From positions 335,854,001-335,918,000 of the forward strand of contig OZ024740.1 of the NCBI GenBank assembly GCA_964016885.1: a stretch of DNA of 64,000 nucleotides, read 5' to 3'. The notes beneath the pieces are model-generated. The model was not told the DNA's origin. It searched no databases and saw only the letters and a list, made by a program, of their open reading frames with translations. The position numbers and the translations under genes are program-made. This stretch comes from Eledone cirrhosa (taxonomy: Eukaryota). Shown here piece by piece: positions 42,900 to 57,084 of this stretch. The number at the start of each line of letters is the position of its first letter. Within the stretch, counting starts at the first letter, position 1.

Positions 42900-43172
42900 T
42901 AGCCAGTACCTCTTGATGGAGTTGTAGGGGTGCCGTCTAGATATACAGCATGACTTGGGCACTTTTAAGCCTGGCAGAACTCATTCCCTCTTCAGGCCTG
43001 TACACATTCTTTTGGAAGATAGAGATAGTGAGAGAGCACGGATGTGCCACATTTCTATCGATTTCAGATGAAAAAGTTGGCCTCAACTGGATTTGAGCTC
43101 AGAAAGCTAGTGCCGGAAGGAATATTGCAAAGCATTCTATATGACGTTCCAACGACTCTGCTAATACGCCGC
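42900..43172 (-). mobile_element. SINE variant with long alternative tail ending in (CATA/CCTA)n
   Basis: tRNA-like head and B box; tail blocks shared with 46460-46760. Confidence 0.6.
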
Positions 43173-43639
43173 TTTCGTGTCTTTTTAGGAGAAGAGAAAT
43201 AACATGCTGTTTCACAAAGCGTTTAGCAGAGTAAGTACAGTGGATGGTCTGTCAATTTAGAAAAGAAATTTCACTCACCAGAAATTTATCTTTATTTCTC
43301 TTATCTCTTCATCGCACTTTCAATTCTTTTACGTTAGCATAAAAGCAAATATATGGGAGGAGAACATGTAAAATCGATTGATACTATCACAGCCTGTAAT
43401 TTCATTTTTAATTTATTTACGAATTTCCCTTATTAGACTCCGACAATGCTGGGGCACTGCTTGCAATGGTTTTAGACGATTATATCAGTCCCAATATTTT
43501 GCTTTGTATTTATTTTATCGATATCGTAATAAACGAAAGGCAAGTCCATATTGCCGGAATAGGAACAGGACAATAACTTGCGATGTATTTTCGTTGTGTA
43601 CATCGATTTTCTTCATCATACGATGACGTACACACAAGT

Positions 43640-43672
<33 letters not shown>

Positions 43673-44418
43673 CACATACACACACATACACACAACACAC
43701 ATTCAAACACACATATATATGCGTGTGTGTGTGTGTATGTGTGTTTGCAAGTGTGCGCGCCGGCATGTGTGAAGGTGTGTATATTTGTGTGTGTGTGTGT
43801 GCGTGTATGTGTGTGTGTGTGCGTATGTATGTGTGTGTGTACGACGAACTTTCACACATCGATTCCGTCCAGCAATATTCACTCATACGAATTTTGTCGA
43901 GTCAAGGCTATCTACTTGAGATGGAAGACATTTTCCCGAGACCAAGGTACGGCAAAGTTGATTAGAAACTTTAAACACATGCTAAGAAGCAAACAACTTA
44001 ATCACGTGACCGCGTTTGCGTTCATGTTACGAATTGTATATCCCCATCAGCCAAGTTTATAAAAACTAGCAAAAAAACCACTCTTCGGGTGGTTTTCTGC
44101 TAGCATGTGTAGTGTGCATTTTGATATTATACGCAAGTATATATGCATGTAGATATGATACATCAAATAAAATCGTAATTGACAGTATACACAGAAATTG
44201 AACGAAAATTGCGTTACACTGTCTTATGTAATCAGTAACGTAATCCATTGACGGAAATATATGACTGTTTATTGAAGCGATCGCTAACCGGAAGTGTTGA
44301 TATTTGAACATTTTAAAGAAGTGAATGTTAAGCGACAAAATTATTTATATTTAATCAAGAATAATGAAATTTAGTACATAAATTATGTAATGTTCATTCA
44401 TTATTTATTCAAAGTAAT

Positions 44419-44606
44419 AGGGCGGTGGATTGGCAGTATCGGTAGAGGGTCGAACGCCACGCTTTGACGCATAGAGTTACGGCCCTTGCCATTCTGAGTT
44501 CAAATCCCGCCGAGGTTAACTTTGCCTTTCATCCTTACAGGGTCGATAAAATAAAGTACCAGTAATGCACTGGTTAATTGCTGACCTTGTGCCAAAAGTA
44601 GAAACA
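44419..44606 (+). mobile_element. Full-length SINE with 19-bp TSD
   Basis: ATTATTTATTCAAAGTAAT at 44400-44418 and 44607-44625. Confidence 0.93.
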
Positions 44607-44821
44607 ATTATTTATTCAAAGTAATCCAACTTATTTTACAAACGGGATAAAAAAATATATTCTGGACGCTGTCACGCACTCCTCCCTTTATTATAGTTTA
44701 GATTAATGAAAGTTTCTCCCAACAAAACAATGATGTAACGCGAGCAATTCACCTCATCACTCGACGAATATCTTTAGTATGCTTAAAATATAAGAGAAAG
44801 AAATGGCTAAATTCTATGAGA

Positions 44822-45100
44822 GTTTTTGATATAGGCACAAGACCATCAATTTTGGGGGCGAGGGGAAAGCCGATTAAATCGACCCCAGTGTATTAGTGCT
44901 GCTTTATGTTATCGACTTCGTAAGGATGAAAGGCAATGCTAACCTCCGTGAGATTTGAACTCAGAATGTAAAGGGGCGAAACTCTATACCTTACAGCATG
45001 TCCGACGCTCACGGAGGCTAGCATTGCCTTTCATCCTTACGAAGTCGATAAAATAAAGCAGCACTAATACACTCGTTCTGATTCTGCCAATCAACCACCC
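44822..45100 (-). mobile_element. SINE with internal 66-bp inverted duplication
   Basis: Arms 44887-44952 and 45008-45073 with 2 mismatches; TAAATTCTATGA on both sides. Confidence 0.85.
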
Positions 45101-45596
45101 TAAATTCTATGATAATGATTGCTAGTGACCAGGTAGCCCGTGCCGCCCACCTCATCACCATCACGAGTGACTTTACAGTGCTGCATCAACTCTATACCAG
45201 AGAAAGATCTGGTTAAATTCTATGATAATAATTGCTATTGTTGCAGATGTTCTTTGAACTAAATGCTACAATAAATCCATTCAATATAAATGGTACTTCA
45301 TACGTCTTCTAACCGAAGTTTGTCTTAATCGGATTATACAATTCTTCAGAATAGCTTCAATGTGATGGAAACATTTTCACAGATGTACTTCACAACTATT
45401 GAATATTTTATTTTATTCACAACACTACATCAGCAGAGAGTTTTATACATATGTATGTGTCTATGTATGTATGTATTTACGTATGCATGCATGCATGCAA
45501 ATATGAATGTATGTACATATATGTATATATATATATAAACATTTACATAACATATATATATACATACACACGCACTCACACACACACAGACACACC

Positions 45597-45640
<44 letters not shown>

Positions 45641-46131
45641 CGTGTGTGTGTGTGTATGTATAATATATGTTAATATATAAAACCATTCATACATACATAC
45701 ATGTGTGGGATGGTTCGGCTTGGTGTATGTGTACATGTGAGCGTGGGGGACGGGAATGCATATATATTTTTATGTCTGGCAAATCTTGTGCAGAAAAGAA
45801 AAGTCACTACAATTGATTAAATTGCCATGCATGTGTATGCGTGTTTATTTGTATGTATGCTTGTGAGTAACACCTTTTACATATATGTGTGTGCGTGTGT
45901 GGCTGTGCGACAACGTTTATGTGTTTCTTTGTGTATACATGTGTGTTATAGAAAATGGAACTTAACGAATGATTATAACATATTGTAACTTGTTCCTTAA
46001 CGAGCTCATGTTATCAAGTTTGATATCGGGGCATTTCGTCTGACCAAATAACACCTAGAGTGAACTATTGACACTATGTAGTAACATAGTAGAAACCACG
46101 GTAAATACTATTGTTTGGCATCATTATTATC

Positions 46132-46421
46132 GATTGGCAGTATCGGTAGAGGGTCGGACGCCATGCTTTGCGGCAAAGAGTTACGGCCCTTTATAGTCTG
46201 AGTTCAAATCCTGCCGAGGTTAACTTTGCCTTTCATCCTTACAGGGTCGATAAAATAAAGTACCAGTAATACACTGGTTAATTGCTGGCCTTGTGCCAAA
46301 AGTAGAAACAATTATTATTATTAGTGGTAGATTGGTAGTATCGATAGAGCGTGGAACAACATGCTTAACGCCATTGAGTTACGGCCCTTTACGTTCTCAG
46401 TTAAAATCGTTCTGAGTTCAA
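46132..46421 (+). mobile_element. SINE plus adjacent head-only copy
   Basis: Full copy to 46322, then a head ending at the B box. Confidence 0.88.
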
Positions 46422-46459
46422 ATAGATAGATACATGCATGTAATGTATGTATGTATGTA

Positions 46460-46760
46460 TGGTCCCGTAACTCCCGATAGAGTCGTAGGGGCGTCTCTTG
46501 GGCATGTTTTAGTCTGGGGGAGCCCAACCCTCTCCAGGCCTGAGTAAAGCATATTTCTTCCAGAGAAAGATAGAAAGTGAGAGAGAGGAAATAAGAAATA
46601 GATATAGAGGAAGAATCGACCCCGGTTCTAGACTGGTACTTTTTTTATCGATCTCAAAAGGATGAAAGGCAAGGTTGACCACGGCGGGATTTGAACTCAG
46701 AGAGCAGGAATACCGCAAATCATTCTATCCGACGTTCTAACGACTCTGCCAATTCGCCAC
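46460..46760 (-). mobile_element. SINE variant with long alternative tail ending in (CATA)n
   Basis: Same head and core as the main SINE but a different 3' ~170 bp. Confidence 0.7.
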
Positions 46761-46779
46761 GTTACATGCATACATACAG

Positions 46780-47005
46780 GACTGTTATAAATACTTAGGG
46801 ATTGATGAAAATATGTCATATGAGGCTATGTGTAACTTGAAACAAGTAACTAGAGAATATAACTTCCAAATAAGAAAAGTATGGCCTTCTTAACTCTCTA
46901 CGCACAATAAATCTGTAGTCCACAATGAGTTTGCTCTGCTTGAGGTGACACCAATATTTGGACTACTTAACAGGATACCCGATGAGATCCGAGCCATTAA
47001 TATCG
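46780..47005 (+). mobile_element. R4/Dong-like post-RT fragment
   Basis: Translates (with one frameshift) to YKYLGIDEN..VTREY..IRKVW..NKSVVHNEFA..TPIFGLL..DEIRAINI. Confidence 0.6.
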
Positions 47006-47043
47006 GTTTCTGATTTAGGCGCAAGGTTATTTGATATTATTAT

Positions 47044-47230
47044 CGGTGAATTGGCAGTATTGGTAGAGGGTCAGACATGCTTTCCAGCGTAGTTACGTCC
47101 CTTTACGATCTGAGTTCAAATCCCGTCGAGGTTAACTTTGCCTTTCATCCATACAGAGTCGATAAAATAAAGTACCAGTAATACACTGCGTAATTGATGG
47201 CCTTGTGCCAAAAGTATAAACAATTATTAT
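47044..47230 (+). mobile_element. SINE
   Basis: Head, B box, core and tail. Confidence 0.9.
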
Positions 47231-47783
47231 ATAGGCGTACGTAAGATTGTGTATGATTATGTGTACGAAATTCACTGTGACACGCAAGCACACATACACA
47301 CATACACACATACATAAATACACACGGTCACAAAATAGCACATATGAGCACAGAATATACAGCTGGGTTCAGACGCTCATCTTAATTATGTGACTCCGTG
47401 TTCGATCTTACTGCGCTGCAGCTTGGCCAAGAATATTGCGAGTAAAACTGGATAGACGAAAATTATGTGGAGGCTCATCATATTGTGCATATATTTTTGG
47501 CAGACTTAAATTATCACCCGCTTTGTTACAAACCTTTGGATCCAATCTACGGTTTGCGAATGGCTCATGAGCCATGGTTTCATCATCACTTTTACGAGAC
47601 CCGAAGGTTTTTTCCTAAATATTTGTGACCGACACCCTTCATTTTTCACTAAGCCATAAAAGTATTATATACGCAAGTACTAGTATATACATATATGTAA
47701 AGATAATAACAAAAATAACAAAACAAACGGCACAGTTCATGGGCCAAATATATTAGTTTAACGCTTGAAATAACAGGAACGGA

Positions 47784-47821
47784 ATCTTAACGTTTCGGAC
47801 ACTAGTTCTTCATCGGAACAT
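47784..47821 (-). ncRNA. Degenerate minimal Penelope-type hammerhead
   Basis: TT CCGATGA aGAactagtgTCc GAAAC GTT|AA; palindromic AACGTT helix III; helix I weak. Confidence 0.45.
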
Positions 47822-47954
47822 AGAGTTAGAAATGTATATAAATAGAAAGTAAAGAGTCATAAGAGGAAGGAACGGGGAAAAATAAGAAAAAAAATGGAGA
47901 GAAAAAAAAACAGTCAGCCTGTACACACACGCACACACGCACACACACCCACAC

Positions 47955-47986
<32 letters not shown>

Positions 47987-48003
47987 ATGTGTGTATGGGT
48001 GTG

Positions 48004-48047
<44 letters not shown>

Positions 48048-48052
48048 TACAG

Positions 48053-48083
<31 letters not shown>

Positions 48084-48413
48084 GCATAAACCAAATGATA
48101 GAATATCTTAAATCAATTGATAGCCTTACATATATGTCTATACAAGTTATTTAGTCATTTAACTAATACGTATGCTATTACAATTTAGTAAAGGAAAAGA
48201 AGGGGGAGGCATATATTGAGAATAACAAAGCATTATTAAATATTGTACATCTTCAGAAGCAATACAAATAAGTATACAGACCTGGTAATCTGTAAACTAT
48301 GAAAAAAATAATTGACAATATTAATTCGTTTTGGATAACACCAAATATATATATGTGTGTGTGTTTGTGAATGTGTGTATGTGTGTGTGTGTGTTTGTTT
48401 TGTGTATATGTGT

Positions 48414-48493
<80 letters not shown>

Positions 48494-49499
48494 TATACGA
48501 TTTATGTCTGTATATGTTATTCATCAAAGAACATTTTTTCCAAAGAGTATTATTGAGTGCCAAGATTAGTGAATTGATATAAAATTGGTGATACATTATC
48601 TACTGCCACGATCTTTCTGGCAGTGATCAATAATCTAATATTGAATCATCTTTATTGCTGATTATTGGTTTCCTTGGGTTCCTCACCTTTGTATCATGAA
48701 CACCTGGCCAGTAAAATCAATCCGATCAATGATCTTTCTGAAATGTCACATTTTTATTACGACTGCCATAGACACCTGAAATATAATATAACGTTAGGGT
48801 TTTATTTAAGAGAATTTTGACAGCTGTTTCTATAAGGTCGAATGACTACATAGAGATTCCCTTGTATGATCGTATCTTTCTTATTGTGGGTGGCGTTTGA
48901 GTTGAGGGATATTTGGCTGTAGATTCTAGCAAGTTGATTAACCACATAGAGATTACCTTGCTGGTATTTAAGTAGTATATTTTAAGATTTATATGAAATT
49001 GAAAATATGTCAAATCCTGGTACATTATATTTCTGGGATGAAGCAGTAACCACCAATTCTCTTGGTTAGTTCCAGGTCTGTATTGATTTTTCCGAACCAT
49101 GATAAAAGACTGCTTCATTTTCAGAATATACTCTGACCTACAATATTCAATGTGCGCGTTCCTTTTTCAGGTGTTTTTTGAGAGCGAAATGACAGAGTGT
49201 TATTTCACAGAGGCCTAATTGTCATTTCCAGCAGGTCATGCAATTTTTATGAAGCTTCTACTTTGACTCTTGGTGAAATATCAAAATACACAATATGATG
49301 AATAAGACGGGCATGCCTCTATATCTTAATATTTTCCTTGAAATACGTATAAATTTATAAAATTGGGAAAATGAACTTTACTGCTTTGAATAATGTTTTA
49401 TTTTCGTCCGTAATATCTTACAACTTACAGAAAAGTTTTTTTGGGGGGAGGGGGAGTAGTATTACGTGTTATTAAAAGTGGCATTAGGTTGTTTATTTG

Positions 49500-49848
49500 C
49501 AGAAGAGTTAGAGCATCGAGCAAATATTTGCGCAATACATTCTGAATTCAAATCCCACTGAGATCAACTTTGCCTTTCATCTTTGGGGTTTTATAAAGTA
49601 CAGTATCTGACAAATACATGGTTCAATTTTATCGGCTTTTCCCCTCTCCTTACAATTCCTGACCTGGTGCCTAAATTAGAAACCATTAATAGATGCTTTG
49701 ATGCATAGAGTTACGGCCCTTGGCATTCTGAGTTCAAATCCCGCCGAGGTTAACTTTGCCTTTCATCCTTACTGGGTCGATAGAATAAAGTACCAATAAT
49801 GTACTGGGTAATTGCTGGCCTTGTGCCAATAGTAGAAACAATTATTAT
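49500..49848 (+). mobile_element. Old SINE followed by a younger 5'-truncated SINE
   Basis: Two B box/core/tail blocks (49500-49688, 49692-49848). Confidence 0.8.
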
Positions 49849-50806
49849 AATTGGCATTAGAGCAGTGGATTGGGAGAGCATTAGAGACTCTTTAAGTTTT
49901 ACATTCAAATTGTGCCAAGGCTTGCTTTTATTTGTATTGAGAAAGAGCAACTGTTTATCCTTCAAATTACATTCTATCATCTTCAGAAAAGAAAAGGTAT
50001 CATTACATAATGGGGTCCTAGATACACATAGAATAACTGAAATATGGTGCCCGGGCTGCGTTTTATCATATGTCTGGTCGATCATGGGTGAATTGAGTAT
50101 GAATAAAAATAATAAAAATCTAGCAACACCAACATCAACAACAATAACAATAGAAATAACAGCAGCAATACAATAAAAAAAATACGAGTAATTTCAAAAC
50201 TTCACCAAATATTTTTTATAAATTAGTGGATTCATATATTTCAACTATTTAATGTCCATTCGTAGCTAAGAGCTAAGTTAGATATGCATTGCAATTATTA
50301 ATATCACAATTGTTAATATTCCAATTATTAATTTTAACGAAAACATAAAAAAAGAAACGGAGAGCTGACTAGGCATGAACTAATCACAAACAATGAACTA
50401 ACGGTTACTACGGTAACAATACAGTAATGCGTCTTCAGAACTTGTATGGGCTTAGGCAATGGCTTTCAAATGATACGAAAATGTTTAGGAAATAATGCGC
50501 AGCTGTAATTGTATGCTTTGTTACGTTCATCTGATGTGTCTACTTGATATACTTAAAAAATCATGCGTAATACTTACATATAACGTTCATATGTTCATGT
50601 ATATATATATATACATGTAAGTATGCACACGTACACACATATACACATACACATATATATACATGCACACACGTATGGGTTATATCGAACATCAATAATA
50701 ATGCTCGGTTCGTTTGTAAATAAATAGCCCATATATGTGTGATACATTTATGTATCAGCAGTGCTAGGGCGAGAAATAAAATTCTAATGATTATAATATA
50801 TACACG

Positions 50807-50914
<108 letters not shown>

Positions 50915-50943
50915 TACACACATATATATATATGTGTGTATAT

Positions 50944-50974
<31 letters not shown>

Positions 50975-51003
50975 TGAGAGAGTTAGATAGATAGATAGAT
51001 ATA

Positions 51004-54000
51004 TTTCTTTATTTACCATAAAGGCATAAAATGAAGGGACAAATACAAAGGGGGAGTTTACATACAATCGAGTAAAAAGGGTATAAAATGAAAATAATCG
51101 AAAACGACCTCAAAAGGGAGGGGACGTGATGGGGGTTGCACACACCCCCGAAAAAGTGTGCAATCCTTTGCCCGGGGAGCACATGGAGAAGGTGCTCCCC
51201 TCTCCTTCACTTCTTTACCTACAGGATGGTATACAGAGAAGGCCCATTTACACGAGCCATTCTCGCCACTATCACCCACCCTTCATAAAACTGCCTGTGG
51301 CCAAGCACCTCTCTCTCCATTCTTATCCTTCTTCCGAAGTGATATCAGAAGAAGTAGACCAGACTATGGCCAGAGAGGAAGTTGCCTGACCTCAGACCTT
51401 TCAATCGTGTCCACCAAACAACCTCTTTCAACATGGCTATTACGCACAGAAAAACCGCCTTTGCTTCCTTTGTGAAGAGGGGAGGCGGTTTGATTGTCAT
51501 CACGGACTCGGCGGTCAATCGAATCGGCGCCACCCGCGACAGCAGTAGTTCGGCGTAGCCCCACAGATCAGCCACGCCCGGACATTGCACCAATGCGTGC
51601 GCAACAGTTTCTTCGTGACGCACGCATCTAGGGCAAATCTTTTTCGAGGGATCCCTGCCCGGGCGCCCGTGTCTCGAGAGTCAATATGTACAGAATGGAG
51701 GAGAGAGGGCACCCCTGTCGAATGGATCGTGTGATTTCGAACGGCTTCGAAAGGTAGCCGTTCACCTTGATCCTAGAACAGATGTGGTTGCTATGTAAGG
51801 AAGTGATCCAGCCTCTGAAAACAGGACCGAACCCAGCCGCCGCTAGCACCGCATCCAGGTAACCATGGTCGACCCTATCGAAGGCCTTAGACTGATCCAA
51901 GTTGATCAGGGCCCCACCGAAAAACCGGGTTTGTTGCCAACCCTCTCTATGATGTATCGCATGAGGTGGAGGTTATCGTGAATGGACCTGGATGAGATAG
52001 CACATGTCTGCGCATCTCCCACCAGGCTACCCACGACAAGCGCCAACCTCTTTGCTAACACCTTGGCCAAAATCTTTAACTCTGTGTTTAGCAGGGATAT
52101 GGGCCGAAAATTATTTATACTATCCCCCTTCTTCTAGTCCTTCCTCACCAGCGAGACTACGCCCTTGGCTACAGAACAAGGAATTCTCCCGTTCTGCTGC
52201 CAATTGCAGTAGACCGCTTCGAGGAGTTCGGAGAAGAAGACCGGCATTGCTAAATAAAGTTCGTAAGGTATACCATCGAGACCTGGAGATTTGCGTCTGC
52301 TGCATTGGCTCAGCGCATCTCCGATCTCATCAGCCGAGATTGGTCCCTCGCAGGACTCTGCCTCTTCGCTCGAGAGACGCGGCAGGCCGTCGAGGTATGA
52401 ACCGAAATCCACGTCCCCGCCCGGACCCTCTCCTCCCCCGAATAATCGGGCAAAGTGCCTTTGAAAGGCCTCGCACATCTGCTTAGGCTCCCGGATCACC
52501 CGTCCATCCTCGTCTTGCAACGACCGGATGGTGGATCGATTTCCACCCTTGGCTTCTGTCACGCGGGCCCAGCCAACGGCTTTGGTCCCCTCATTACCTA
52601 GAGCACGTATTTTACTTCGAATGACGCAGCCTTCGTGCTTTGCATCGAAAAAATGGTTCAAGGCCGTCCTCGATGCCAGCACTCTGGCCACATCTTCGCT
52701 CTTGATTGCCTCTTCTAATTTACCTGTTAATTCTTTCTCGTTTCTATTCCTATCGGCAGCTAACATCTTGCTATAACATATTAATTCTGTTCTAATCTCT
52801 CTTTTGAGAGATGCCCACCATCGGTTGTTGACGATTGCACCCGTCAACCTCTCCTTAACTAATCTGCTAATCCGCTTTCTGTAAGTCTCTTTTGCCGGTA
52901 AAGACAAATTAAGTTTCCAGTAACCGGGACCCTGTTTATGTGTTTTCTCGAGATTAACTACGCAGGTCACTAATTTGTGATCCGTATAGCCAACCGTGCG
53001 CATTTCTGGACAGCTTAATATGTCCCTATCCTTACTTCTAACTAAGAATCTATCTAAGTACGATCTAGATTGACCACTGTGGTTTTTCCAAGTCCAGGTA
53101 GGCACAGTTGGAAATCTAGTCGATATCTATCGACCAAGTTAAAACGGTTGAGTAATCCCTTGAGGCTGTTGCACCCCCCTCTATTAGGACATGCTCCTGC
53201 ATAGTCCCAACGTGCATCTAGGATGTCATTCCAATCCCCCGCTAGAAGCAGGGAACGCGACGTTCCCAGAAAAGTCTCCAAACGCTGGAAGAAGTCGGGC
53301 CGTTCAGCTCCGAATGGGGAGTAGACGGCGACCAGTCTCAAGGCCGCACCTTCACTACTGCCAACGTCTAGCACCAACAAACGACCCTCCGGGTCCGAGT
53401 GAACAACCTGTACGGCAAGACCCAGGTGTTTTTGCAGCAGTACGACAACCCCACCCCCACCTCCAGGTTGACAGAGAGATGTATGCACCTCAAACTCATC
53501 GAAGGTAGGGGCCAGCTGCCGCACGACGCTGATCCGAGTCTCACAGATAACCATTACATTTATACCACATGACCTGAGGTCATTTAGAAGCTTTGCTTGC
53601 TTCCAAGTTGAGCCCAGGCCACGTGCATTCAAACATCCTACTCTTAACACATCCATGTGGGCGGCAGAGCCAAAGGAGAGTGTAGAGACCTACCTTTGTG
53701 CTTCCCGGGGTTCGGGTCGCACGACTTCCATGGGGTCGGGGGTGTTGGGTGAAGGGGTGTCTTGTGGTGGTGTGGGGTCGTCAGTGTGTGGTGGGGTTGG
53801 GGTGTTTGGAGTTGTGTTGGGGAGGGGAAGGGGAGGGGGAAAGCTTTTTAGTAGGACGCGGTTTATGGGTTTAACAGAGGGTGCTCCTACGTCCTCCTTA
53901 AAACTTTTTTTAGTTTTTGGTAGAGGTTCATTGGGATCTTTATGAATTTTAAATGTGGGTAGTTTTCTGAAGAAACAAAGTTTACACCTTCGGTTTGTAC

Positions 54001-55760
54001 CGAAGGATTATTGTTTATGAGTTCATTTAATTTATTATTGTTTCTGTTGATGTAAGTATAGTATAATGTCTTTTTTTCGGATGGTGTGAGTGTTTCGAAG
54101 AGGGGAGGGGCAGGTTTGGTTTTGTTTGTTGCTGGAGGGGTGTTTTGTGTTTTGTTGGATTGTGTTGACATTTGGGTGGGGGTTGTTTGGCCTTGTGCGT
54201 TTTGCACATGTTTTCTTTTTTTCCTTTTAATCTGTCTGAAGGACTCCGTTTCTTCCTCCGAATTCGTTGGGTTGTCTTCAGTGTTGGAGGGAAGAGGTAT
54301 GTTTGCTGGTAATGTTTCCGTGTTGGTTTTCTTTGTGGGGGAGATGGATGTCACTATGTTAGACTGTGTTGTGTGTTGTGGCTGCTGTGGTTGTGTTGTT
54401 TTATTGAGTGAGGGGTTGGGTGGGCCTGTGTTTTGTTTCGGGGTAATGTGTTGTGACTGTTTGTGTTGTTGTGGTGGTGTAGTTTTACTGAGGGACGGGT
54501 TGGGTGGGACTGAGTTTTGTTGTTTGTTTATCTGTTGTGGTGGTGGTGGTGGAGCTGGTGTTGGTAGCAGGGTTTTCTTTTTGTTGAGTTGGGGACAAGC
54601 GGCCTTCAGGTGCCCTCTGCCTGCGCAGATATGAAAGGCTGGCCTTCTCCCCTCCACGCTAATGTTTATATACCCGTGGCCCTCTAATAGGATTCTGTCG
54701 GGTATTCGGGCGATGCGTTCAGGCTTCATTTGCACTACAAGTTCTATAGCTATTCCACTGAACGCATTGCCTGTGGTTTTCCCAATGGAAATCACGTTGT
54801 CATTCGCTGGATCGATGAAGCCACCTATGAGCCAGCAGTAGTCCACATCTGGCATCATTGCATCCAGCCATATGCGCTGAGTTCTTTTACCCATATAAGA
54901 TGGATAAAAGGTAAAATTTGTCGAACGAATCGGTGACAAAGCACATTTTTTGGCCGCCGATTCGTTCTTCATAATAATCGCTAGGCTTCCATACAGTCTG
55001 TCTTTTCTTATGAAAGTGGTTTCATTAAGTACTTCTGTAAGTACTGCTTTGATTTCTGTTTGTGTTGGCTGGTGAGGTTTTTTAGAAATGTTGTTGATGG
55101 TGCGGAAAACGACCGTCCGACTTTCAATGTCTTTGGTGAGTTCTTGAGGCATTTTTGCCGATAAAATACCATTTTCCCCTTCAGTTATGTATTGTTTGGC
55201 GTCTGTAATTCTTTGTGCCACATCTGAAATATTTTCAGGTATATATGTCAAAGATTTCTTTGTTGTTTGTGCAAATGAAATATTATTGGTGTTGACTTTG
55301 TCGTCTGCTTTGCTTTCTGTTATGATGTTGTTTTCAAATGTTGTTGGAATCAATGTCCAGATTTGTGTTTTCGTCATTTTTCTCCGCAGATTCGTCTGTT
55401 TTTATTTTATTTTTTCTTTCCTTCTCTATGACGTTAGTTGGGAAGGAAGGGAGGGACTAAAGCGTGCGAGCTAACAACTCTTGCCGCTGTCCTCCCACCA
55501 CTATTTTCGTTAGCTTCGTTTAACATTTCTGTCAGACGATTGAAATTTTTTTATGCCACAAAATTTTTAAAACAGGTTTTTCACCCCTGGGTGGGGCAAA
55601 GATGAGCTGACCCACCGCCTGACAGTTCAGACGGGGCGTCAAGTTACACAATAGTATCAAAATTAAAATTGAACTTACAAAATTTCAGCAATAAATTTGA
55701 ACAAAACTTCTGCGCGAAGTGAATTACATCTACGCTGTAGAACAGACGACAGCTAGATTT
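51004..55760 (-). mobile_element. Tx1 LINE family A copy 2, flanked by (TATC)n, with 992-bp internal deletion removing YADD
   Basis: Highly similar to 9043-14857. The junction at 51673-51674 (CT microhomology) joins 9713 to 10706 of copy 1. GATA repeats at 50985-51001 and 55761-55843. Confidence 0.93.
53887..55377 (-). CDS. Tx1 ORF1 (gag-like nucleic-acid-binding protein), long open frame with knuckle C>F change and C-terminal frameshift
   Basis: 496-aa ORF; FHICAGRGHLKAAC versus CHICAGRGHLKAAC in copy 1; P/Q/T-rich tail. Confidence 0.75.
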   Translation of the reverse strand: MTKTQIWTLIPTTFENNIITESKADDKVNTNNISFAQTTKKSLTYIPENISDVAQRITDAKQYITEGENGILSAKMPQELTKDIESRTVVFRTINNISKKPHQPTQTEIKAVLTEVLNETTFIRKDRLYGSLAIIMKNESAAKKCALSPIRSTNFTFYPSYMGKRTQRIWLDAMMPDVDYCWLIGGFIDPANDNVISIGKTTGNAFSGIAIELVVQMKPERIARIPDRILLEGHGYINISVEGRRPAFHICAGRGHLKAACPQLNKKKTLLPTPAPPPPPQQINKQQNSVPPNPSLSKTTPPQQHKQSQHITPKQNTGPPNPSLNKTTQPQQPQHTTQSNIVTSISPTKKTNTETLPANIPLPSNTEDNPTNSEEETESFRQIKRKKRKHVQNAQGQTTPTQMSTQSNKTQNTPPATNKTKPAPPLFETLTPSEKKTLYYTYINRNNNKLNELINNNPSVQTEGVNFVSSENYPHLKFIKIPMNLYQKLKKVLRRT

Positions 55761-55844
<84 letters not shown>

Positions 55845-56442
55845 TGAAGAGCTGGCCAAATAACTGTTTCCTGTTTTCTACAACACACTTTCGTTGGCAA
55901 CACAATAATTACCTTCTTTAATGTGAAATGACTGTTCAAAATAAAATGACTATTCTCAACGGTAAGTCTGATCTTACTTAACTATGCATTTTTACTTCAT
56001 GTCAATGGCGTTGATAAAGTTGAAGTTTAATCAAATTACACCAGGAGCAACCATTGATTTGTTCCGCTTGAGACAAGTGGACTGAATCTAGACAATAACA
56101 TATTATATAAGAATCATTGTGATATTGTGTTTAGCGCCTCGAAGGTCCGCCAGGCAATGTCTGATCTATTATACAATATCTTTTGAAGGTAAAACTAGAA
56201 AAGTTTCAAATAAGTATATATCTGTGTACAAATATATATATATATGAATTCTAATATATATATATACATATATATAGCAATAAAATGTTTTGAACATAGT
56301 TTAGATTATTCTGTAATTTATATATATATATATATATGTATATATGTGTGTGTGTATGTATGTTTGTATGTATGTATGTATGTATGTATGTGTATGTGTA
56401 TGCACGTATGCATGATTGAATGTACGTAGACATATATGTATA

Positions 56443-56473
<31 letters not shown>

Positions 56474-56484
56474 GTATATGTCTA

Positions 56485-56538
<54 letters not shown>

Positions 56539-56816
56539 GCGTATATATATATATATTATGGTCTAACATATATATGTAGACAGTTAATTTAGTCAAATAA
56601 TTAAATTATCTACAATTCTGAAAAGAACTTCATATTTTTAAAATGTAAAGTACGTCTTACTTGAATGTACAGTAACTTCAACACTCGAAAACAATTCATC
56701 AGAGATGCATCTACTTTCAAGCGGTGAAACTTGTGATAAGACATATGCTATTATTTTAAATCGTTTATACATGTGTGTGTATGTGTGTATGTATGTGTGA
56801 ATGTATGTGTGCATGC

Positions 56817-56858
<42 letters not shown>

Positions 56859-56863
56859 GCATG

Positions 56864-56927
<64 letters not shown>

Positions 56928-56954
56928 AATACATATATATATATATACATATAC

Positions 56955-57084
<130 letters not shown>

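Noticed and set aside
46800-46852. TTGATGA..GAAACAAGTA hammerhead-like boxes
   Set aside because: Lies in a coding remnant of an R4/Dong-like element and has no helix I
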